From Patescibacteria group bacterium (GTDB lineage Bacteria > Patescibacteriota > WWE3 > UBA101185 > 2-01-FULL-41-18): a stretch of 64,000 nucleotides of DNA. The DNA lies in assembly GCA_038064575.1 (NCBI GenBank), contig JBBTST010000001.1, positions 99,650-163,649 on the forward strand, written 5' to 3'. A model generated the notes under the pieces. That model saw only the letters and a list, made by a program, of their open reading frames with translations. It was not told the DNA's origin and searched no databases. Shown piece after piece: positions 10,252 to 17,715 of the stretch. The translations under genes were made by a program, and so were the position numbers. Within the stretch, counting starts at the first letter, position 1, and each line of letters opens with the position of its first letter.

Positions 10252-10442
10252 AAATAAAAAACCCGACCTGCGCCGAGTGGTTTCAAGTTCTTATGCTGCT
10301 AAACAACTGAAAGGTGCCAACCTACTTTATACTTAATTGACAGCTGTAACGGGCATTCCCGCTTTGTTTTACTCTCCCAAAATAGTAGGATTGGGATTTC
10401 TCCAAAGAGCTCAAGGGTGTCACATTCCCTGTCTAAGCTTTT
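10252..10442 (-). promoter_or_regulatory. T-box riboswitch (Asp specifier GAC) with intrinsic terminator, upstream of aspS
   Basis: Minus strand: short stem I AAGCT-TAGA-CAGGG-AATGTGACA-CCCT-TGA-GCT (10408-10440), stem II with GAGAAA/GAGTA S-turn, F-box GCCCGTTA, T-box bulge TGGCACC (10313-10319), terminator ACTCGGC-GCAG-GTCGGGT-TTTTT. Confidence 0.8.
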
Positions 10443-10494
10443 TAAAACTATACAGTTGTAATATCAGATTTTTGTGGTGGGCGCAATAGATAAA

Positions 10495-10581
10495 AAGGAA
10501 AGGAGCCAGCAAGCTTAAGATTTCAAATGATCAATAATTTGGATCAATGAAAGAAATCTTAGAAACAGCTTGTCTGGCTCC
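10495..10581 (-). terminator. Long interrupted hairpin/terminator after micropeptide 1
   Basis: GGAGCCAG..CAAGC..TAAGATTTC..TGATC / GATCA..GAAATCTTA..GCTTG.CTGGCTCC followed by TTCCTTTTT. Confidence 0.6.
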
Positions 10582-10641
10582 AATAAGTTCTGGGTGACCC
10601 ACGAGGGTCTAGTTCGAGGGTCACCACAGTGAGACGAGGAG

Positions 10642-10698
10642 CTACGGGATGGCGGCGGACGGCAGATGCGGGAACCGATCAGGAATCGGGAGTGGCAT
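10642..10698 (-). CDS. Pro-rich micropeptide 1 (MPLPIPDRFPHLPSAAIP, 18 aa)
   Basis: SD GAAAGGAGG 8 nt upstream of ATG, promoter-like TTGCAT-16-TAAATT, long downstream hairpin at 10502-10581. Confidence 0.6.
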   Translation of the reverse strand: MPLPIPDRFPHLPSAAIP

Positions 10699-10960
10699 TG
10701 TCGTAACCTCCTTTCCTTAAGTAGTCCAGTCGATAAGGATAAATTTATCACTTTTAAATTTTGATGCAAGAGGCAATTTTGGGGACAAAAACCACTATCC
10801 CTAAAAGGGTTATTAAAAGTTTGCTATTTGGGGTCAAACGGTTGGTTGATCCGGAAATATCTCTTGGGAGCGTTTTCCGGACCAACCGCTAGGAGTGGGT
10901 TAACTACGATATGGGCTCATGCCCGAGTGCCGCTTCCTGGTCCATTCTTCCGTCTGTGCA

Positions 10961-11014
10961 TTACGGAAACGGATGAACCGGAAACGGCGAGTTGGGAATA
11001 AAGCTCGTCTTCAT
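10961..11014 (-). CDS. Pro-rich micropeptide 2 (MKTSFIPNSPFPVHPFP, 17 aa)
   Basis: SD GAAAGGAGG 7 nt upstream; hairpin CGGTTGGT-CCGGAAA...TTTCCGG..ACCAACCG at 10839-10888; shares motif with micropeptide 4. Confidence 0.65.
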   Translation of the reverse strand: MKTSFIPNSPFPVHPFP

Positions 11015-11109
11015 AGTTTACCCTCCTTTCAAATTAGACATTATCAAAATAGCTTCACTGGTGCAATAAGAAAAGAGACATGCAACAAAACTTATAAGTT
11101 AAAGGTGTG

Positions 11110-11170
11110 AAAAAAAGATTCGGGCCATCGAACAGTAGGAGTCCTCAAGGGAAGCTCTGTTCGATGGCCC
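11110..11170 (-). terminator. Rho-independent terminator after micropeptide 3
   Basis: 14-bp stem GGGCCATCGAACAG/CTGTTCGATGGCCC followed by GAATCTTTTTTT. Confidence 0.75.
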
Positions 11171-11183
11171 TACCGCCACGTCA

Positions 11184-11210
11184 TCAGTTCAAGTTAGGAA
11201 AGTTATGCAT
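11184..11210 (-). CDS. Micropeptide 3 (MHNFPNLN, 8 aa)
   Basis: SD GAAAGGAGG 5 nt upstream, tandem TGA TGA stop, extended -10 TGcTACTAT upstream, strong terminator downstream. Confidence 0.5.
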   Translation of the reverse strand: MHNFPNLN

Positions 11211-11290
11211 AAATGCCTCCTTTCTCTAAAGAAACCGTGACATGCCAAACTTATAGTAGCAGAAATTTGCGTTTCACAAAATCGGAATTT

Positions 11291-12388
11291 TTACAATTCA
11301 ATAAGATCTGTGGAAAACTTGCCTAAAACCTCCGCCTTATCTTTGCGGCAGACAACAAGATCCTCAATCCTTACCCCACCCCACTCTTTAAAATACAACC
11401 CAGGTTCAATGCTAAAAACCTGCCCTTCTTTCAACCTATCTGAATTCGTCCTTCTGATAGAAGGCGCTTCGTGAATAGCCATGCCTATCCCATGTCCTAA
11501 ACCGTGAATAAACTTATCCTCAAGACCTTCTTTAACAAACACCTCATTAGCAGCGTTAAACACAGAATTTGCCGGAACTCCTGATTTAACTGCCTTAATA
11601 CCCTCATCGTGAGCTTTGACTACCAACCTATGGGTTTTTTTAACCCTCTCAGAAGCCCCACCCAAAGTCAGAACCCTTGTAGAGTCACCGCAGTAACCTT
11701 TGTACAAGGCCCCCCAATCAATTAAGATAAGATCACCCTTCTTAAGTTTGTTTGTGGAGGTTTGGTAGTGAGGAAGAGCAGCATTAGCATTTGTGGCAAC
11801 AATTGACGTAAAAGATTCTCCTTGGGCACCAAGACCAATCATTGCCTTTTTTAGTTTCTCAGCTATTTCTGCTTCAGTTATACCGGTTTTAATCACAGGC
11901 AAGATGGCTGCAAAGCCTGTATAAGTTATTTCCTGAGCTTTTTGCATCAATTTGATTTCTTCTTCCACCTTAATTTCTCTCAGAGCCCCGACTAAAGAGG
12001 TTGTAGCCACCAGGCTTTTTCCCTTTGTTAAGGCAGTGCTAAGCTCCACGAATTCGCTATATTTAAGGTCTTCGCTTTCAAAGCCAATCCTTTTTCCTTT
12101 GTTCTTATTCAAAAACCCAAGGATTAAGGACATAAACTCATTGCGTTCTGGTACAATTGTTATATCAATGTGGGCTGATCTTAATGCTAGGGCCTCATTT
12201 TGATAAAGCCTTGGCGCAAACAGATTCAGTTTTTCACCGTCAAAAATAAGATAGGACTCTCTGTCTTCAGGAACAGCACCTTTAAAACCCGTAAAATAAT
12301 AAATTGAGTAAAAATTAGAAATTAAAAGGCTATCAAGTTTTCTTTTTTGTACAAGATCTTTTAAATTTTTAAGCTTGTCGTCATTCAT
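11291..12388 (-). CDS. Xaa-Pro aminopeptidase / prolidase (M24B)
   Basis: Creatinase N-domain, 'ALPHY', 'IDWGA.YKGYCGDSTR', 'HGLGHGIGMAIHEAP', 'SIEPGLY', 'GVRIED'. Confidence 0.93.
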   Translation of the reverse strand: MNDDKLKNLKDLVQKRKLDSLLISNFYSIYYFTGFKGAVPEDRESYLIFDGEKLNLFAPRLYQNEALALRSAHIDITIVPERNEFMSLILGFLNKNKGKRIGFESEDLKYSEFVELSTALTKGKSLVATTSLVGALREIKVEEEIKLMQKAQEITYTGFAAILPVIKTGITEAEIAEKLKKAMIGLGAQGESFTSIVATNANAALPHYQTSTNKLKKGDLILIDWGALYKGYCGDSTRVLTLGGASERVKKTHRLVVKAHDEGIKAVKSGVPANSVFNAANEVFVKEGLEDKFIHGLGHGIGMAIHEAPSIRRTNSDRLKEGQVFSIEPGLYFKEWGGVRIEDLVVCRKDKAEVLGKFSTDLIEL

Positions 12389-12508
12389 ATACTCTTTGTA
12401 ACAGATTTCTAGACCATTATAGGCAGTTGTTTGGGTAAATTACAAAAGAATTTGGAGGAGAAGGGATGTAAAAACATTTCCTTCTCCCCCAATTATGCGC
12501 ACCCCCGG

Positions 12509-12643
12509 TTAGTTTTGGGTTCTACAGAGTTCGCACACTTGTCCTTTGATCACAATTGCCCCACATTGGCACCTGATAAAGGGCGTTCGGGCAAGCTTGC
12601 TAACACACAAAACTCTCTTGGCCTTACGGACTTTGGGAGGCAT
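12509..12643 (-). CDS. Small basic zinc-ribbon protein (44 aa)
   Basis: SD AAGGAG before MPPKVRKAKR...; CxC...CxxC; hairpin terminator at about 12455-12490. Confidence 0.55.
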   Translation of the reverse strand: MPPKVRKAKRVLCVSKLARTPFIRCQCGAIVIKGQVCELCRTQN

Positions 12644-12653
12644 GGTTTTCTCC

Positions 12654-12836
12654 TTATTCTCCACCACCACCATGGCGAGGAGTGGACCAGCTTGGCCGGT
12701 TTTGACCTGGCATTTGGGCATTGGCAAACAGGCGACCATACTTTCTAACCTGCCAGACCACCCAAACTCTGCGTGCAACCGCTGCAAGTAAAACAAGCAA
12801 CAGAAGCACCAAAAGAAGCCACATAAGCGGATTCAT
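12654..12836 (-). CDS. Small single-TM protein (60 aa)
   Basis: SD AAAGGAG before MNPLMWLLLVLLLLVLLAAVARR; co-oriented with the Zn-ribbon ORF. Confidence 0.55.
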   Translation of the reverse strand: MNPLMWLLLVLLLLVLLAAVARRVWVVWQVRKYGRLFANAQMPGQNRPSWSTPRHGGGGE

Positions 12837-13095
12837 TGTTATTTTTTCTCCTTTTTTAGTTTTTGGGGATGTGACTAGTGTACCAAAAGTCCATGTCCCA
12901 ATGCAAATCCATGTGCTGCAATCAACAGTACAATCGAATTTTGACAAAGCGTCAAGAAACCATCAAAAACCAAGGTCTGGTAAAATTGCCGTTGGTGGGA
13001 AGGAGCTTGCTTGTTCAAAAAGGCTTCCTTCCCACCAATCTAGCTACAAAATCACAAGCAGCAAACGCTAGAAGATTTGCCGCAACGCCATGACC

Positions 13096-13173
13096 TTAGC
13101 GAACATCCGTGACCGGCCACTCGGGGCGAGTCGGAGGATGCACCGGGTAAGGGCGATTGGGGTAGTTTGTCAT
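13096..13173 (-). CDS. Pro-rich micropeptide 4 (MTNYPNRPYPVHPPTRPEWPVTDVR, 25 aa)
   Basis: SD GAAAGGAG upstream; hairpin TTGGTGGGAAGGA...TCCTTCCCACCAA at 12992-13038; homologous motif to micropeptide 2. Confidence 0.65.
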   Translation of the reverse strand: MTNYPNRPYPVHPPTRPEWPVTDVR

Positions 13174-13297
13174 CTTCCTTGGCTCCTTTCTTAAGATGTG
13201 TATCCAAAGCAACTTTCTCTTTAGGACACCTCTCAAAGTACAATAATTTGCCTCTCTGAAAGCTATACTAAAACAAGCATTTTTAGTCTATGAAAAC

Positions 13298-13463
13298 AAA
13301 AAAGCTCGGGATTTGATTCCGAGCTTGTAAAAGTTAATCAATACAAAAACGGAATCACACACCGAGCTTTATGTGATGTCTATACCAAGTGGCTATTGAA
13401 GTGAGTTTGAATACTGTTTCTCCCATGCAAGGGCAGATTACCAAAATATCACTTGGGCGTCAA
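13298..13463 (-). promoter_or_regulatory. Leader-peptide attenuator-like element
   Basis: TTGACG-17-TAATCT promoter, near-leaderless 23-aa ORF 13355-13426, terminator AAGCTCGG..CCGAGCTTTTTT, and competing pairing TGATTCCG/CGGAATCA. Confidence 0.5.
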
Positions 13464-13521
13464 CCACCAAGCCCTCTATACTAATTCACCATCTACAGAC
13501 CACTCCCACATAAACACAAAA

Positions 13522-13564
13522 CCAAAAACAAAGACCCGACTTATCGTTTGAGATAAATCGGGTC
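13522..13564 (-). terminator. Terminator of the 6S-like RNA
   Basis: GACCCGATTTATC..GATAAGTCGGGTC followed by TTTGTTTTT. Confidence 0.7.
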
Positions 13565-13579
13565 AGCCAATAAAAAAGG

Positions 13580-13728
13580 TACTTGCAAAGGTACAGAACC
13601 CCTTTTACTTTTTTGCGGGGTGTGCCGGCTTAAACCCTTCAGGAAAAGCTTACGCTCTTCAAGAGGGTCCTCCGGGCACAAGAGCCCGCTTTGGGAAAGG
13701 TTGGAGATTCGGTTCGCCTTTGCAAGTA
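13580..13728 (-). ncRNA. ssrS: 6S RNA-like rod-shaped RNA
   Basis: TTGACA-17-TATAAA promoter; 12-bp closing stem TACTTGCAAAGG/CCTTTGCAAGTA; large central bubble; interrupted terminal stem with GTAA loop; own terminator. Confidence 0.6.
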
Positions 13729-13782
13729 GTGTCTTTATAGGATTTGTCAAAAAGATTGTCAAGCGCTCAGTCTCTTGGTCTA

Positions 13783-14127
13783 TTAAGTTTGCGTTTCTTT
13801 CAAAATCAGGGTTTTTCCATCTTTCTCATCTTCCACTAACACAAGCACCCAACCGCGCCCGCTAATCTTATATGTATCACCATCTCTTATAACGCAAAAG
13901 CCCAGAGGGCCAACAATTCTTCCCAAAGTATTTATTACAAACTCAAACTGCCCGCTTAAAACCAAACAGGACTCTTTTCTACCCACATCCTTTGCCATCT
14001 TTACTTCTTCCGGATACTTTCCACCTGTCATCCTGACAATAGCAAAATACTTACTCAATCCAAAAGGTCTCACAACCCAAACTACAGAACCACCACTCAA
14101 CTCATATTTTTTTATGAAAGAATACAT
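13783..14127 (-). CDS. Small cupin-fold protein
   Basis: 'ESCLVLSGQFEFVI...IVGPLGFCVIRDGDTYKISG' cupin beta pattern; start taken at MYSFI. Confidence 0.6.
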   Translation of the reverse strand: MYSFIKKYELSGGSVVWVVRPFGLSKYFAIVRMTGGKYPEEVKMAKDVGRKESCLVLSGQFEFVINTLGRIVGPLGFCVIRDGDTYKISGRGWVLVLVEDEKDGKTLILKETQT

Positions 14128-14149
14128 AGTGATCTTCTCCTTTAGCAAA

Positions 14150-15472
14150 TTAGGCTTTTCTGAAAAAAGCCTCACTGAATTTTAAACCTTTTTCCAAAAG
14201 CTCAATGTTAAAGTTTTCATTTGCACCATGCATATTGCAATCATCATTCCCCAATGAAACTAAAAGCGTATCCACCCCTAATATTTCTTTGAAATCTAAA
14301 ACAACCGGAATACCTCCTCCCACAGGCTTAACCAACACCTCTTCCTGAAAAGCGTCTTTCAAAAGCTTTTTCACCTCTTTAACTTTTTGGGAGCTTATGT
14401 CTATTTTGACTGAACCATAAGGAACGCTATGAGAAATCTCATAGTCCACGTATTTTGGAACATTTTTGTTTGCAAAGTCTTTGAATGCTTTCAAGGCAAC
14501 TTCTTCTTTTTGAGAAACAACCGTTCTGAAATTAATTCTAGCCTCTGCCGTAGCAGGAATTATATTTGCATAACCCTCTCCTGTATAACCTGTCTTGATT
14601 CCGGTTACCTGAAGAGTGGGTCTCAAACCGGTTTGAGTATGAAAATCAATACCTACCTCAGTAAGCAAAGCCTTTACACCCGTAGAAGAAAACAAACTCT
14701 TTTTTCCCTGAAACAACACGGAATTGTTTTTCACCTGTTCAGAGGTGATTTTATCAACCCCTTTATAAAATCCGGGAATGGCCACTTTATTATCTTTATC
14801 AAAAAGTTTAGCTAAAAACTTACTAAGTTCATAAGCTGCATTAGGAACAGCCCCACCATAAATTCCTGAATGTAAGTTGTTGTTTGCAGTCTTAAATTTT
14901 AGGGTTAAGTTACAGCCTCCTCTCAAAGAATATTCAATTGTGGGCTTACCTGAAACCACCTCTCCATCTGAAACTAAGATATAGTCAGATATAAGTTTTC
15001 CTTTGTTCTTTTTTATAATTTCTCCAATTTCAGGATTTGAAGTTTCTTCATTACCCTCAATGAGAAACTTCACATTATATTTAAGTTTTCCTTCCTTGAT
15101 TAGTTTTAAAACGGTGAAAATGTGTATTAGAATTTGCCCTTTGTTGTCTACCACACCTCTTGCAACAAGCCTTCCGTTCTTCTCTTCAACTTTAAAAGGC
15201 TCGCCGTCCCAACCGTCTTCTTTTAAAGCCGGCTGAACATCATAGTGACCATAAACCAAAATAGTCTCTTTACTGTTGTTATTAATACTTGCAAACACAA
15301 CTGGGTTTGTTTCCAAACCTTTAAATATTTCCACTTTAAAGTCAGCGGCCTCAAATAGTTGTTTAAGCCAAAAAACAGTCTTTTCAATCTCTTCAATATA
15401 AGACCTATCTGTAGAAACACTTCTAAAGCTTACAAACTCCCCAAGCATCTTTAAATAATTATTATCAAGCAT
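14150..15472 (-). CDS. M20 family metallopeptidase (DapE/CNDP-like dipeptidase)
   Basis: 'YGHYDVQP', 'ARGVVDNKGQ', 'EGNEE', 'LHSG.YGG', 'HGANE'; start taken at MLDNN. Confidence 0.9.
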   Translation of the reverse strand: MLDNNYLKMLGEFVSFRSVSTDRSYIEEIEKTVFWLKQLFEAADFKVEIFKGLETNPVVFASINNNSKETILVYGHYDVQPALKEDGWDGEPFKVEEKNGRLVARGVVDNKGQILIHIFTVLKLIKEGKLKYNVKFLIEGNEETSNPEIGEIIKKNKGKLISDYILVSDGEVVSGKPTIEYSLRGGCNLTLKFKTANNNLHSGIYGGAVPNAAYELSKFLAKLFDKDNKVAIPGFYKGVDKITSEQVKNNSVLFQGKKSLFSSTGVKALLTEVGIDFHTQTGLRPTLQVTGIKTGYTGEGYANIIPATAEARINFRTVVSQKEEVALKAFKDFANKNVPKYVDYEISHSVPYGSVKIDISSQKVKEVKKLLKDAFQEEVLVKPVGGGIPVVLDFKEILGVDTLLVSLGNDDCNMHGANENFNIELLEKGLKFSEAFFRKA

Positions 15473-15791
15473 ACTTCCATTTAAATACCAATTAGTTACA
15501 AAAACAACCAAAGCAAAATAAACACCTTTTTTCAAAGATGCTTGGATTGAAGGGCTACCAGCAAGTGCAAACCTTAAGGCTAACACTTTTGACCTGGACC
15601 CCTTCAATCCCCGCTATTCATGCTTTGCAACTCCCCAAAAATCACAAAGCACATTTACTTTTTAAAGCCCTCGTTTAAGCCTTTTACATTAGCGTTCTCC
15701 CAAACAAAATGCATGTGAAGAACTGGTATAAGACTTTCCCCTTATGCTTTTGGTGCCCCGACCATTTTGATCGGAAATTCTTCCAACTAAC

Positions 15792-16017
15792 AAAAAAATC
15801 CGCTTGTAAGCGGATTATTGTTGGTTGTAAGCTAAAAAGCTAAGAAAAGGCTTAGCCCTTTAGTCTACAACCAACCTTAATAAAGAGTCTGTAACAAGCA
15901 GCCACTCCACCCAAGGTTGGGAGTTTGACATTGTGCATTGACTTGTTCCAAGTTAGTAGACTCTTCATATAGTTTTCAACTTAGGTAAATTTAACAAACA
16001 GTAAAAAATGTGTCAAC
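15792..16017 (-). ncRNA. Promoter-terminator bounded structured transcript of about 190 nt (ncRNA or 38-aa sORF 15852-15968)
   Basis: TTGACA-17-TAAATT promoter, AAGAGTCT/AGACTCTT closing stem, long GTTGGTTGTA.../...TACAACCAAC hairpin, terminator AATCCGCTT-AC-AAGCGGATT followed by a T run. Confidence 0.45.
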
Positions 16018-16023
16018 TGCTTT

Positions 16024-17655
16024 CTATTTTTGAATTTTTAAGTCCTTGATGTGCAAATCAAGACTAAGACGACCGTTATACAGCGACTTTCTGGGGGAGA
16101 AAACTAGATCAACAAGACTTCCCTGTTCAGGTAACTCGCCTTCAAGTTTTTCCACCCCTTGAAAAAATATCCCGTTGAAGCTCTGTTTTGTTTGTGGATC
16201 AGAAAAATAAAACTTGAGATGTCTTTTATCTGCCCCTACCCCCTTACAATCTCTAACCAGTACATTGTTTGACACAAAAACAGGTTCTAAATTCCCAAAA
16301 CCAAAAGGCTCAAACAAAGCTATCTCATCACAAAGCAAAAAAGTTACCATAGCCAGAGGAATTTCCAAATCTATATTTAAAGTAGACACAAGTACCCTTT
16401 CATCAATTTCTGAAAAAGCGCTCGCTTTTAGTTCATTTGTCACCAAAGTAAGATCGGTGGTCTTAAAACTAAAGCCACAGGCCATTGGATGACCCCCAAT
16501 ACTAATAAATCTGTTACTGGACTTTCTTAATAATTCTATTATATCAATTCCTTCAATACTTCTTCCCGAGCCTTTACAAATTTCAGCACCACTGCTTATC
16601 ACAAAAGCAGGTTTATGAAATTCCTGGGCAAGCTTTCCGGCAACAAGGCCTACAACACCCTCATGATAAGAAGGATCTGAAACTACAATTACTTTATCTT
16701 TTGTAAAATCAAGGTTTTTTGCATGATCAAACATTTCTTTAGTTTTTTGCTGTCTCTCATAATTTATTTCATTTAATTTTCTGGCAGTGTCCAGCACAAA
16801 AGTTGCGTTCTCGTTTGTAAGTAAATTCAAGGACAAAAGGGCCGACTCCAGTCTTCCGGAAGCATTGAGTCTTGGAGTTAAGATCCATGACAACTCATAA
16901 GTTGAGATTTTATTAGTATCTATGCCTGAAATATCTATTAAAGCTTTGAGACCAACGGGAGCCATGGAATAAAACTCTTTGAGACCTTCTATTATAATAC
17001 TTCTATTAAAGTTTACTAAAGGCTGTAAATCTGCAACTGTTGCCAAGGCTGCAAGAGCCAGATACTCCTTTCTACCCCCTGCTAAACTAAGACTCAAACA
17101 GTAAGAGATGCCTGCACCGGTTAATTTATCAGACCACAATAAGACGTTGGGTTTTGGCAGAACTTCACCCTTTTTATGATGATCCGTGATTAATATGTCA
17201 AAACCTATTTTTTTAGCGTGTTCACAGGCAGAAACGGCAGTAATCCCACAGTCCACAGTAATTAAAAGGCCGGGAGGATCCAACGGATATGCTTCCTTGA
17301 CCATTTTTACTACCTTTTCTATGGAATCCTCTGACAGACCGTAACCATCATCAAACCTATCTGGAATAAAGGTAAGTATCTTTTCATAACCCAAATCTTT
17401 TTGCACTGTTTTATATAAAATAGCTGTAGCACAAACACCATCTACATCATAATCTCCATAAATTACTATGGGAGAGGCTTTTTTGATGTGTTTCACAATA
17501 ATATCCCTGGCATCTTCAATCTGCCATTTAATTTGATTGACAATTTCAGAAGTATTTACAGGCTTTAAAAAAGATTTATCTAAATTCCTAATTTTTAAAA
17601 GATCATAAGTAAGATCACCCGAATAGGTCCCCTTTATATTCCATTTTTTTTCCAT
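16024..17655 (-). CDS. recJ: Single-stranded-DNA exonuclease RecJ
   Basis: 'YGDYDVDG', 'PDRFDDGYG', 'TVDCG', 'TDHH', 'PRLNASGR', 'GSGRS', 'GGH..ACG'. Confidence 0.95.
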   Translation of the reverse strand: MEKKWNIKGTYSGDLTYDLLKIRNLDKSFLKPVNTSEIVNQIKWQIEDARDIIVKHIKKASPIVIYGDYDVDGVCATAILYKTVQKDLGYEKILTFIPDRFDDGYGLSEDSIEKVVKMVKEAYPLDPPGLLITVDCGITAVSACEHAKKIGFDILITDHHKKGEVLPKPNVLLWSDKLTGAGISYCLSLSLAGGRKEYLALAALATVADLQPLVNFNRSIIIEGLKEFYSMAPVGLKALIDISGIDTNKISTYELSWILTPRLNASGRLESALLSLNLLTNENATFVLDTARKLNEINYERQQKTKEMFDHAKNLDFTKDKVIVVSDPSYHEGVVGLVAGKLAQEFHKPAFVISSGAEICKGSGRSIEGIDIIELLRKSSNRFISIGGHPMACGFSFKTTDLTLVTNELKASAFSEIDERVLVSTLNIDLEIPLAMVTFLLCDEIALFEPFGFGNLEPVFVSNNVLVRDCKGVGADKRHLKFYFSDPQTKQSFNGIFFQGVEKLEGELPEQGSLVDLVFSPRKSLYNGRLSLDLHIKDLKIQK

Positions 17656-17715
17656 AAGATTGATGAATTCTAGTCTATTCAGTTAGTGTTTGGAAGCTTG
17701 TCCTTAATAAAAGGC

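Noticed and set aside
10515-11110. Track ORFs 10515-10769 (-) and 10919-11110 (+)
   Set aside because: They lack SDs and run across hairpins; the SD-backed micro-ORFs lie in other frames or on the other strand.
12509-12643. Naming the Zn-ribbon ORF rpmF (bL32)
   Set aside because: It lacks the MAVPK..S..R N-terminal signature and has CxC rather than CxxC, so the similarity is only compositional.
10480-13300. CRISPR array, REP/MITE family or prophage explanation for the repeated units
   Set aside because: The hairpins differ in sequence, there are no regularly spaced direct repeats, and no cas, transposase, integrase or phage genes are present.
13580-13728. SRP RNA or tmRNA identity for the rod-shaped RNA
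   Set aside because: There is no SRP domain IV (CAGG..GGAA..AGCA) motif and no tRNA-like ends or tag ORF.
13052-13865. Track ORFs 13052-13243, 13541-13762 and 13620-13865
   Set aside because: They overlap micropeptide 4 in another frame, or the promoter-terminator-bounded 6S-like RNA, and show no protein motifs.
15745-15780. GGGGCACCA on the minus strand, resembling a tRNA 3' end or att site
   Set aside because: No proper T-loop or cloverleaf and no integrase nearby.
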